Positions 49,165-59,975 of a stretch of DNA of 64,000 nt are shown here, one piece after another (position 1 is the first letter of the stretch; every line of letters starts with the position of its first letter). This DNA is from Macrostomum lignano. Its lineage: Eukaryota. The stretch covers positions 310,001-374,000 of the forward strand of contig NIVC01000621.1 in NCBI GenBank assembly GCA_002269645.1. The letters are read 5' to 3'. The position numbers and the translations under genes are program-made. The notes beneath the pieces are model-generated. The model searched no databases. It worked only from the letters and a program-made list of their open reading frames with translations, and had not been told where the DNA came from.

Positions 49165-50119
49165 CAGTGTTGGGCACAATTCCGATACTCCGATATTCTG
49201 ATACTATTGGTGATATGTTTTGGGTATTGGGGTATTGGAAGTCGATACTTTTTTGACAATATTGGACTTTGGTAACTTCCAATATTATTTTCTAATTTTC
49301 CCGATAGTCCAATAGTCCAATACTTTTAAAATTTTGAGCCTGCAAATAATCAAAATTTTGGTAAAATTAATGAAATAGTTGTATCATTTTACAGAAAGTT
49401 ATGATAAATACTTCATTTTTAGCCCAATGAAGCTGAAATAATTAATACTTTTATCCTTAAAACTAGTTTTTAGAACTTTTTAAAATAGCCTGCGCCATAT
49501 ATACTTTATCAATTAGTTACTAATTAGTAATTCTCATCAAAATGATATTATTTAGCCAATTATCATGCTGCAAGTTTTGCAACACTGTTAGCTACTGATT
49601 GCCTATTGCTTCTAGAATTTCTACAAAATGCACAAATACTATACTATAATGACACAAGCAATTTAGTGAATGATGTATACATGTAAACAGTCGGCAATGA
49701 ATAAAGAAATGCCTTATTTTGGGCGCATATATTGGGCAAGGCCAAGTTGCATTAAGAAGAATGACTATAGAGACTAATAAATAGTTAATTATCTACTACA
49801 GTGGCAACTGTTGGTTTTCATTCATTAATTTTATTTTATTTGTTTTACTGAAGACTTCATCATTTAGAACAATGCTAATCTTGCTTTATTCACCTGAAAA
49901 ACCAAAGAGAAGATCTAAGAAGCTTAAATATATGCATTTTTATTTGTTAAACATTTATTTTTGTACAAACCAGGTATCAGAATAAAGTATTAGAATTAGG
50001 ATATTGTTGATATTCAAATTTGGGTATCGGACTTTTAGGTATTGACAATACTTTTTTTCAAAAAGGGTATTGGAGTATTGATTTTTACCAATACTTTTTG
50101 AGTATTATGCCCAACATTG
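49165..50119. mobile_element. hAT-type MITE (~955 bp)
   Basis: TIRs CAGTGTTGGGCACAAT / ATTATGCCCAACATTG; TSD TGTATTAG / AGTATTAG (7/8); repeated GATAC/GTATT subterminal motifs. Confidence 0.8.
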
Positions 50120-51479
50120 AGTATTAGTATTGGTGTGATAATTGTAATTTAAAACCAACAAAGCTCTTTTGGTTTTGTCTCACAATTGCCTAAATATAAT
50201 TTCAATATTTAAATGATTAAATCACAAAAGTAAATATTTAAAGCTACATTCCTAAAAGAAACAAAACTTGATGCTATGATATTGCACTTAGAAGTAATCC
50301 TATTTTGAAGTTTGATTTTCAAACTGTGAAATTTTGCCATCTTATAAAGGAGATTGTATATCAAGTCCTAACTCCCATAGGGATAATGCTATGTCATGTA
50401 TATGATCATATAACAAAAATGCCCTTTTATCTAATTCAATCAGGCTAATTTTTCTATTATATACAAGCCTTATGCCTAACAAAAATTTTAGCAAGATTCT
50501 AATTTTCTTTACTTTTTCACCAGGCTTAGTTTTTTTGCACTTAGACAAAAATAATTTTTACAAATCCTATACAGAATTATATCTAGGGGCCTACTACAAG
50601 CAAAGAGGAAAAACTAATTGGAGACACTGGCTACAGATCCTAGAATTTTTGTCAACTTTTTTGTCAACTGAGAGTTGATAAAAATTCATTGGTAGTTGGA
50701 CTGTTTGTCAACTGCCAATAGCCACAATAGGAACAATGGAATCTTTGTCAACTACCAATGAGAAATGTGGAATTTTTGTCAACTGGGTTCCATTGGATGC
50801 ACTTTAACTTTAACTTATGTGATACATATTTTAGTAGTAAATTTATTAAACTTTATTGTTCAATAATTACTTGGCAAGAATTCAACTTGCCAGTTGTACC
50901 ACATTTTACTTATTACCAGAAGTAAAATATGGCATCTGGCATTCTATCTGGCATTCTACTAGAAGCCTGTGGATAGTAAGCTGGCCATCACAATAATCAC
51001 ATCAATGCTAGTCTGCTAGCTCTTGTAGCTCCTTGTACTGACCGCAATGCTGCCATTGAGTCTGCCCTTGCTGAACCAATGCTGCCTGAACTGGCACTAC
51101 TGGTACCACTGGCACCACTGTGCAACTGAACTGTGCAGTAGCTGCAACAAGGGATACAGGCTGATGTTACCTTGCTCTGCTCATTGCTTTAGTTGCCAAT
51201 GCCACCCCTCACACTCATTGTTCGTGCAAATGGTCTGGTTGTAAACGCTCATTTTCTCGCATTTGAACACTGGGCTGTTCAGCTAGATCATACATGCGCA
51301 ACTGCTGGCCGAGCTGGCCGATCCGGCCACCATAAATTGTGGTGGACCAGGGTAAGTCGCAAAATTGAGTTGACCAAAAACGAAAAAATGCAAGAGGAAA
51401 GAGCAATATAGGGAAGTAAAATGGTGAAGCAAAAGAAAAACAAGTTGCAGCAGAAGCAAATTAAGTTGCACAAATGATT

Positions 51480-51905
51480 AGGTAAGTCGCAAAAGGAGCA
51501 ACTAAGTTGCAAAAAGGATTCGGTCAAGTCGCAAAAAGGATTAGGTAAGTCGCAAAAGGATTAGGTAAGTCGCAAAAGGGTTAGGTAAGTCGCAAAAAGG
51601 ATTAGTTAAGTCGCAAAAGGATTAGGTAAGTCGCAAAAGGAGCAACTAAGTCGCAAAAAGGATTAGGTCAAGTCGCAAAAAGGATTTGGTAAGTCGCAAA
51701 AGGATTAGGTAAGTCGCAAAAAGATTAGGTAAGACGCAAAAGGAGCAACTAAGTCGCAAAAAGGATTAGGTCAAGTCGCAAAAGGATTAGGTAAGTCGCA
51801 AAAAGGATTAGATAAGTCGCAAAAGGATTAGGTAAGTCGCAAAAAGGATTAGGTAAGTCGCAAAAGGGTTAGGTAAGTCGCAAAAGGAGCAACTAAGTCG
51901 CAATA
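51480..51905. repeat. 20-21-bp minisatellite inside MITE copy B
   Basis: Unit GGTAAGTCGCAAAAGGATTA. Confidence 0.95.
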
Positions 51906-52068
51906 AGAGGGAAGTACCATAAGTCGCAATCAGAGGCGATCAAGGGGTAGTAGGTGCAAGTGTGGCAGGAGAGCAAAAAAACAGAATAGAAGCCTTCAAC
52001 CACAGACAAGATCTTTGAAATCAGCAGCCTATGTCAACAGTTTCCCATTGATTTCTTTAACTCCGGAG

Positions 52069-52860
52069 CAGGGGTCGGCAAAGTCCAGCTCGCGAAGCCC
52101 CTCTATCTGGCCCTCGCCCCTCGGGTTCTTTGAAACTTTCTAACTAGCAAGGTTGGTGTCTCTTCAACTCTCATCTCTCTCTTCTTCTCTACCTTGCCTC
52201 CCCTCTTCTCTCTCTCCCCCTTTTCCCTCTTCTCTCTCCTTTCATTTTTACTCTCCTCTCTTCTCCCCTCTCCTTTCTCCCCTTTTCTCTACCCTTTCTC
52301 CTCAATGCCCTCTTCTCTCCTCTTATCTTCAGCAAAAATGTGTGCATATTTTCTTACTTCAAAGTAGAGGGAATAGAAGATTGGGGATAAGCAAACAGAG
52401 GAGAGGCGAGCGATGCAATGGGAGAAAAGATAGAAGATGAGAGAAAAGCTGAGGGAGGAGAGAGATGAGAGAGATGAGAGGAAAGAGGAAAGATATGATG
52501 ATGGATGAGATCAGAAAAGAGAGGAAAGAGGAAAGAGGAGAGAAGAAAGGAGATAAGAGAGTAGACGAGAGAAGAGAGGATAAGGAGGAGATAAGAGGAG
52601 AGTGAAGAGAGGAGAGATAAGAGAGTAGAGAAGAGAGGAGAGATGAGATGAGAGAGTTGAGTGGAGAGAGACGAGAGGAGAGATAAGATGAGAGAGTAGA
52701 GTGAAGTGGAGAGAGACGAGAGGAGAGATAAGAATGTAGACAGGAGACAGAAGAGATAAGAGAGGAGGAAAGAGAGGAGAGAGGAGAGGAAAGAGAGAAG
52801 GGATGAGGGATGAGAGAGAAAAGAAAAAGAGGATGAGAAGATTGAGGAAAGGAGAGAATT
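52069..52860. mobile_element. hAT-like GA/CT-rich element nested in MITE copy B (same family as 96-533)
   Basis: CAGGGGTCGGCAAAG terminus plus ~70 bp homologous to the reverse complement of 477-533; CT-rich then GA-rich tracts; second end not found. Confidence 0.55.
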
Positions 52861-54550
52861 TGCAAAGGCCTCAAATCTTAATTTAACATGCATTTACTCC
52901 CATCCTTGTTTGCCTTTTTCCTAACTGTTAACAAGTTTTTGTTTGAGCATGACTTCAAATTTAAGAATCTATGCAAAATAGTTCCGGGAATTGGAATTCA
53001 GTGGTTTCAAAATCTGTGGGTTTTCACAGCTTGTATCTCTACTGGATTTGTATTCTGCATCTGATGAGCCATCTGAATCAGGGCTCTCATCTTCCATGCC
53101 AAATCGTCTAGCAAGTGAAATTATTCTTGAGCTATAGGCCACACTGTATTCACTTCACTTACTTCTAGACATTCATTCATGAATCATGACTTTTGTCTTT
53201 ACATGTCTTTACTCATTGTCATCATTACTAATTGCCTCAGGCCGCCACTATGATATACTGATTAGCTGTAATAAAAACCGCGAAATCTGCACTAATTAGC
53301 TGGCGAGGCATTTAGCCTTTAAAATATGGTCATAGTTACTCCTGCCGTTTACTCACAATTCTTTGTTTAGCTTTCTTACATAGGTAAGTCGCATTTTTGA
53401 TCGAAAACTAAGTCGCACGGCCAGCGTAATTTCAGAAGTTGCGCATGTATGAGCTAGATGGCATTGACATACTCTGCAACTTTGAGAAGGCGTGGTTCGA
53501 CAATTCCTACAATAATCTCTGCCAGGCCCTCTTCTATATGCTCGGCTGGGAGATATGGCAGCACCATGAGCATCTAGCAGAAAGTGTTTATACTAGGATC
53601 TGCTATATATGCCTGCTGGAGGGCTGGAGGCCAGCCTGTTGAACAAAATGGAACATGGCCTATGTATAATAGAATAGACAGCCCTTTAGTGTCGCTTCAG
53701 GAAAGACAACATGCAGGGCCTGCCACGCGGCACATTCAAGTCCAGAACAAATATCTGCGGAAGACTGCCATTCAGTAGTAGGCTTCTAAGGTGTTGAAAG
53801 ACTACCATAAAGTCATGTAGAGCCTTCCCAGACTGAATTTGAAACTTCTTTTTTTATAATGTAATTTTAATCAGTCAAATAGCTTAACTTATTAGGCCTA
53901 AACTGAACCTGTAAAACTAAAATATTAGCAAGAACAGTCAGTCTGGTCCAGTGCCAAAAAATTGCAGCACGCAGCAATCAGCAGAATCGTATTATACACG
54001 CATTTGAATTCTATGAATTCATATTAAAATTATTACATTTCCAAAATTAATTCAAATTCTCCCACGTGTAGCGATACAGTTTTTGTTCTAGACCTTATGG
54101 TCTTTTAAAACATATTCTGATCTGGTATAGTTATCTTAAAAAGTCAGTTCTTATCTAGTAGGGATTTCGCTTTATTATAATTGTATAGCTTTTGTTTGAA
54201 TGAATTAGCGAATTTGCACTCTTAAAAACTACGATTAAAATTAATTTAAATTAGGTCGTAGACTTGCTACAAGCGAAACTATAAACCAATAAGTGAACTA
54301 AGAAAATAAATAAACTAAAAATAAAACTAAAACTGCAGTAATGAAAAAATGGCTGATTAAAAAATCTTAGCCAATGCTGCATAAAATGCCATGTATAGCG
54401 TGTTGCCATTGATATTGTCATACTAAACTGACAATACGTGGGTAGCTACTGTTCTGTTGTTGAATTAACGAACGCAGAAACGAGATAGATAATTATCCGG
54501 GCGCTCAGTGGCACCAAAAGAGGGGGCTTGGCCAATAGGAGGGCGGCTCG

Positions 54551-54649
54551 TATATTTATGCACGCGGGGAAGGAAAGTTCTAGAAAGACCGGGAGAGGAA
54601 ACTTCTGGAACAATGCGTAAACAAGTCCTGCTGTGGAAGTTTCTAGAAA
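54551..54649 (-). promoter_or_regulatory. Heat-shock-type promoter: three perfect nGAAnnTTCnnGAAn elements and a TATA-like box
   Basis: HSEs at 54572-54586, 54597-54611 and 54635-54649; CATAAATA on the minus strand at ~54560-54553, ~12 bp from HSE1; CCAAT (54532) and GGGCGG (54541) nearby. Confidence 0.7.
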
Positions 54650-55429
54650 CCCTGTCCCCGAACTATCCCTACGCATTGCATGCCTTTGCAATGCAATACA
54701 CAACAGCTACGTAGTTATTCTAATGAGAAAATTTGAAATTGTGATGAAGTCATCTTAATTGATAGACTTTGAAAGGTGCCATTGTATTGGCTCAGGGCTT
54801 TCAGGCTCTAAAAATTTTTATTTACCGTACGATGTGTTACACTCGTATAATGAAAACAAAGGGTCACACAGTTTAAGCTTTATCTTGATCGAGCTGTACA
54901 CTTAGTGTCAATCTATTGTATGCTTTGATGGGTTTCGGCCTTTCGGCCCCCTTTTGCAGAAGCCTTCGGGCCTCAGGTCTCAGAAAAAAATCAATTAGAG
55001 TCCTGCTGGCCCCCACTCCTGTCAGATGGTCAGCCCCATGGTAGCTTGATCGTGTGGCGAGCAGTCTAGGTCCTATAGCTAAGAGAGGGACAGCGAGAGA
55101 CAAGCAGGGAGAATTTTGAAGGTATATAGATTAGCCAATCCGCAGATTAATCCACAAGCTCATGATTGGCTGAGCTTGTTGCCACCCAAACTGCTCACGT
55201 GACCAAGAGATTGTGGATGCAATCATGAGCTTTTTTCATGTGCAGTGCTAGCTTGGAATTTGGGAAAAAGTGCGTCCTCATCACACTCAAAAGGTGACCC
55301 ACACTCGCACTGCACACCAACTGCCAGGCTCGCTTTATCTTTGAAGTCCGCGATGCCGGCTTTTCGTTGGAACCTCAGCTTGACGTTCTCGATCAGCTGT
55401 GCTTTTTTAATTGTTTGGCTCCCCGTCGG

Positions 55430-56510
55430 CCCACAGGCCTGATTGCTCTCTTTGTTGACTTCAGGAAGGCATTCGACTCGGTCGTGAGGGCCGTGCTCCC
55501 AATGGTGCTTCGTGCGTACGACGTGCCAGAGCAGCTGCTCTCCGCCGTCATGGCGCTGTATCTCGGCACGAACGCTGCTGTGCTAACACCGGACTTTGAG
55601 ACATCTTCTGGGGTGCTTCAGGGAGATACGCTTGCGCCGTTTCTGTTGGTCCTAGTGCTTGACTGGGTGCTGCGGACTGCTCTCCCTTCTAACGACGACG
55701 GCTTCCTGTTGCAGCGACGCGTGAGTCGACACCAACCGGAAAGGCAGCTCAGCGTGCTGGGCTACGCCGATAATCTCGCCCTGCTGTCCTCGACCGTCGA
55801 GGGCGCCCAACGCCAGCTGGACCGGCTGGTGAGCGTTGCGGCGGGTGTCGGCCTGGTGGTCAACACGCAGAAGAACGTGCTCTGCGTGCCGGACGACATC
55901 GAGGCTGCAATTTTCTGCCGAGGCGCCGACGGACAGGCGACGAAGCTTCCGTGCTGTCAGCAGTTCGTCTACCTCGGCAGTCTGGTGCCTGACGTTCGCG
56001 AGGACCTACGACGTCGGCGTGGACTTGTTTGTGCTGCCTTCCGTTCCGTGAGGGTTGTCTTGTAGTCCGAGGCCCTGCCCGACAGCCAGAGGGCGGCGTT
56101 GTTCCAGGCGGTGATCGAGATCGTCCTGTTGTACAACGCCGAGACCTGGACGCTGACGGACTCGCTCGAACAGCTGGTCGATGTGGCGCATGCTGGCCTG
56201 CTGCGCGCCGCCTTCAAGATCGGCTACGAGGGAGTCACCAATGCGGCACTCTTTCGCCGCACCGGCCTGTCCCGTCCCAGCGAACTGTTGCGCCGTCGGC
56301 GACTCCAGCTAGCAGGCCGTTTCATCCGAGCCGAGTCGTACTGCCCACAGCCGGTGCAGGAGGTGCTGCAGGCACCCTATCGGCGGGGGCAGGCGCGTAC
56401 TCGGCGCTTAGTCGACTGCCTGCTGGCTGATGCCGGCCCCCCGGACACTGCCGGCGGCGCGGCCTAAGTTCGCACCAAGACGTCCTGTGACGTTGTCTGA
56501 TGACTAACTG
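55430..56510 (+). mobile_element. 5'-truncated inactive RTE-type non-LTR retrotransposon
   Basis: FVDFRKAFDSV, GVLQGDTLAPFLL, YADNLA (catalytic YADD changed to YADN), FVYLGS; stop at 56063, frame continues 56066-56467 (LYNAETWTL, RRRRLQLAG); short CTGA/CTAA tail. Confidence 0.88.
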
Positions 56511-56511
56511 A

Positions 56512-56835
56512 CAGTGGCGTAGCCAGGAATTTCAATTGGGGGGGGGGGGTTGGGGGGCGGGTTGGCCTGGCTGGCCATGCCTTATGCCATTGCCACTTTT
56601 GGCACCGCAGGCACTCATTTTGGCGCCGCAGGCACTCATTTTGGCGCCGCAGGCACTCATTTTGGCGCCGCAGGCACTCATTTTAGAGCCGCAGGCACTC
56701 ATTTTGGCACCGCAGGCACTCAATTGCCTCCTGGTTTTTGGTATCCGCCGCGCCCAACCCCAGCCCCCTAGGCGATTGGGCGGGGGGGGGGGGGGCTGCG
56801 GCCCCACCCCGCCCCCCCCCCTGTCTAGGCCACTG
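56512..56835. mobile_element. MITE with CAGTGGC termini, G/C runs and an internal 21-bp repeat
   Basis: Ends CAGTGGCGTAGCC / CTAGGCCACTG; internal unit TTTTGGCGCCGCAGGCACTCA; no clean TSD. Confidence 0.7.
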
Positions 56836-57649
56836 TCTAAATGCCAGTTTCTTACGCATTAATAACAATCTAAAGAGAAAATATTAATATTGACTCGCGA
56901 ATCTTACTAACTTACTTACAAATACACTGAAATTTTGATACACGAATCTTACCAAAAAGACCGCCAATGGACAGCATGGTTTGGGAAGTGGAGAAGAGCG
57001 CAAAATCTGATTAAAAGTAACGCCAAGCCAAAATCCGCCTGTCGAAAAAGGGATGATTTCCACAGATATCTTTTGCTGCGCCGGAACGCGGCAACGCACA
57101 CACACAACTTTGAAGAAGACGGGTTAACTTTTGTCGCACACCACAAACAAGAATCAAGTCGCCAGCCTTCCGAACCGTCGAGATATTCAACGATTTCGCC
57201 AAAAAATCGAATTTTTCCCTTGAAAATTAAAGTATTGAACAGAATCAGCACTGCCAAGCCTCAAAAAGATTTCATCATCTTGTTGCCCACTCCGCCTTCT
57301 GGACCTTCAACAGGTGTCAACAGGTGACTATGGAGAACACCCTAGCGCGAATCTCTCTGATATCTCTGATCAAGCCTCAACTGCTGGTTATCAAAGCTTG
57401 AGAAGATGCTTGATAAAAACTTTATTTTAACAAGCGTCGTGCTTTTCTCAGAAATTTCTCCCAATTCAGATTTCTTTCATTTTGTCACGAATTCGAAAAA
57501 CAATTTTTGTCGTGCCATTGTTTCTCAGCATTGCCCGCGGTTCAATTAAAATTGTTTTCTTTCAGTTATGCGACACGTCACGGTCAGTTTTACACGCAGT
57601 TCAGGACCTTCCTTTTAATTTCCGTTGGCAAAAATCGCTTTCCAGCTGT

Positions 57650-58846
57650 TCAATCGGAGTCGCAGAGCCGCTGGAGCTGCTCAAACTCGCTGGCACTCAG
57701 TACTTTTGCGCTGAATGCGTAGCACAGCATGACGCCGTTGAGGCAGTTGGCATCAACCAGCGATTGGCCCAGGCGAAGGCACTCCAACAGACTTGTCGAA
57801 TAAGTTTTCGCCTCTGAGTAGGCGTAGAAAACCGGAGCGATGGAGCCGTTGAAGAAGAATTGCTGATGCGCAGTTCTGTTGAATGTAAAGCCAACTGAAA
57901 TCTCTTTTTGCAGGCCACCGGAAGGTAGAAATGATGGCGAAAATGAGAACAGCACGGCATTGTTGTCGAGCACAGCTCCGTTGTAGATGTAGTCGTTGTT
58001 TTTAGCAAAAGTGTTTCCCCCGTTTCCATTGCACTGCTGGAATCTGTGGTAGAACTGATGGCTGAAATAAAGATGGTGTAAAGTTATAGTACTACGGATG
58101 CATTAACTGAGAATTGAAACAGTCACGCAATATTTTAAAAAGTGAAATACCCGATGCCAAAATGGTGTCTGACTCTAGTAAACGCTGAGAATGCTCGGTT
58201 CATCGATAGGAAGTTCCAGAACCCGGGAGTCTCAGTGCTCAAGTAGGAGCCCGTGTTGCCCTTGAAGTGAGCACCAGCTGCATCAATTGTCACGTCGTGA
58301 GCTTTGAGACAGGACAGTCTCGGGTTGACCTCATTCTTCAGACCGCTCCGAGAGAACTTGTAGAACAGCTTCAGCTTGAGTTGTTTCACCAGCGGCTCAG
58401 AAGAATCTGCAGTGTTAAATTTATAATCAGTTTAAACAAAGTAAATGATTTCATTGAAGCGATACAGAATTGTCAAGACAGCAGCCACTGAGCCGCTCAC
58501 CGCAGTCCCCGCACAGCACATCGGTGTACTTGTAGGAGTCGCAGTCGCCGTCAGTCCATTGCTCGAGTTGGGAACATGCGTCTCCATGGTAACACAGGCG
58601 GGTGGCGATGTCGAAGTGGAATGCGTTGCAGGTGGGCAGTCGGGAGCAGGCGGCGGCGCACTGCAGCTTGCTGGCCAGGCGGTGCGGCAGCGGAGAGGCG
58701 GCCGCGGTGGGGCAGCATCGGGTCTTCTCGAATGACGTCTTAGTAGCAGAGACGATACTGGCCATAGCACTCAGGCAGAGCAGCAAGAGAAGCGGAGCTC
58801 GCAGCTCAGCAAGACTCAAGCGAAAATTACCTGTACTGAATTTCAT
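57650..58846 (-). CDS. Secreted PAN/apple-domain protein with a C-terminal beta-rich (possibly ConA/LamG-like) domain (~337 aa, 3 exons)
   Basis: Exons 58846-58501, 58406-58151 and 58061-57650 join in phase (1014 nt). Hydrophobic signal (PLLLLLCLSAMASIVSA); SKLQCAAACSRLPTCNAFHFD..TRLC is a PAN pattern. The C-terminal domain assignment is tentative. Confidence 0.72.
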
Positions 58847-59679
58847 TTTGAATCGGTACACTAATTCTTAATCTACCACAGTGGACTTCTGCAGCTTTCT
58901 TAATGCATTTTACTGCATCTCGTGATGAATACCTTTTGTAGCTTTGTTTGGAAATTTCCCATGGGATTCTAAGGAAGTTTTGTTGCAATGAAAGATATGT
59001 TCTTCTTTTATTCTGCCTGTATCCGGTTGTTTCTGACTCTGAGGTAGTAATAGCCTGGTAGTTTTTAAATCTTAGGGCTGACTGGGCCTAGCAAAGTCCC
59101 CGTATTCTGGCAGGAAACTCACCAGCAACCTCAGACCAGCTCAGGAAGAAGCAGACAATTTGAAGGAAAGAAATCCACAGTAGAGTTTTTGCTTTTCCGC
59201 TTTTGTTGCGAAAGAAGAAACTTTTTTACTGATGCATTTCTCGCATATGTTGAAGCCATGAACGGCTTCTAGCGTTTGTTCTAGCTATTTTCGCTTAATC
59301 AAACAATCCACTATAGCCTCTATAGAAGATTGACTGACGAGTGACAACGTTTGAGTCGGACAATATCCCGCTAGTGTTGCGGCCGTCACTGCATCACTCT
59401 GAACTTCTGAATTAAGGCTGAGCACAGAGCAAAACGTAAAATTAACGGAATTTGGCTAAAATTTTATGATGGAAAACTTTGCTCAGACTGATTACGAGCG
59501 ATATGCACGGTCGTTTTGTTAAAAATCATTCAATTTTTCAAATGCTATTCAGTCCCATGCTGTGGTTCTGTTGCAGAAAATTCGACAAATATAATTATGA
59601 GACGTTATAACTCACTAGTGGCGACAGCGGACCCCAATCAAACCGATTGCCAATGATTTTTTATCATTTAAATCGATCA

Positions 59680-59975
59680 ATTGGGGGGGGGGGCGGGCCG
59701 GGTTGGCCTGGCTGGCCATGCCTTATGCCATTGCCACTTTTGGCGCCGCAGGCGCTCATTTTGGCGCCGCAGGCACTCATTTTAGCACCCACAGGCACTC
59801 ATTTTGGCGCCGCAGGCACTCATTTTGGCGCCGCAGGCACTCATTTTGGAACCGCAGGCGCTCATTTTGGCGCCGCAGGCACTCATTTTGGCGCCGCAGG
59901 CACTCATTTTGGAACCGCAGGCGCTCATTTTGGCGCCGCAGGCACTCATTTTGGCGCCGCAGGCACTCATTTTAG
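59680..59975. repeat. Partial second copy of the 56512 element with an expanded 21-bp repeat
   Basis: Same GGTTGGCCTGGCTGGCCATGCCTTATGCCATTGCC leader and TTTTGGCGCCGCAGGCACTCA units. Confidence 0.85.

Larger units (their letters stand above)
51289..53451. mobile_element. hAT-type MITE, copy B (expanded to 2.16 kb), with a 28S-derived insert
   Basis: Perfect 15-bp TIRs CATACATGCGCAACT; perfect 8-bp TSD AGCTAGAT at 51281-51288 and 53452-53459; inverted relative to copy A; 28S-like segment at 53290-53352. Confidence 0.92.
50945..53860 (-). pseudogene. Mutator-like (MULE) transposase remnant, interrupted by hAT MITE copy B
   Basis: Minus-strand translation gives SGK..HDFMVVF...FVLD(F)ECAAWQALHVVFPEATLKGCLFYYT*AMF.FVQQAGL, then LPYLPAEHIEEG...AEYVNA; after removing the MITE and one TSD it continues in frame I*LNS...SVYNQTICTNNECEGWHWQLK.*...Y..G.LT...LL.EC. 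These match MULE motifs (D-F-E, GC.FH, RTNN..EGWH). Confidence 0.8.

Noticed and set aside
57050-57230. Faint hAT C-terminal-like peptide (TVEIFNDFAKK)
   Set aside because: Too short and disrupted to support a call by eye.
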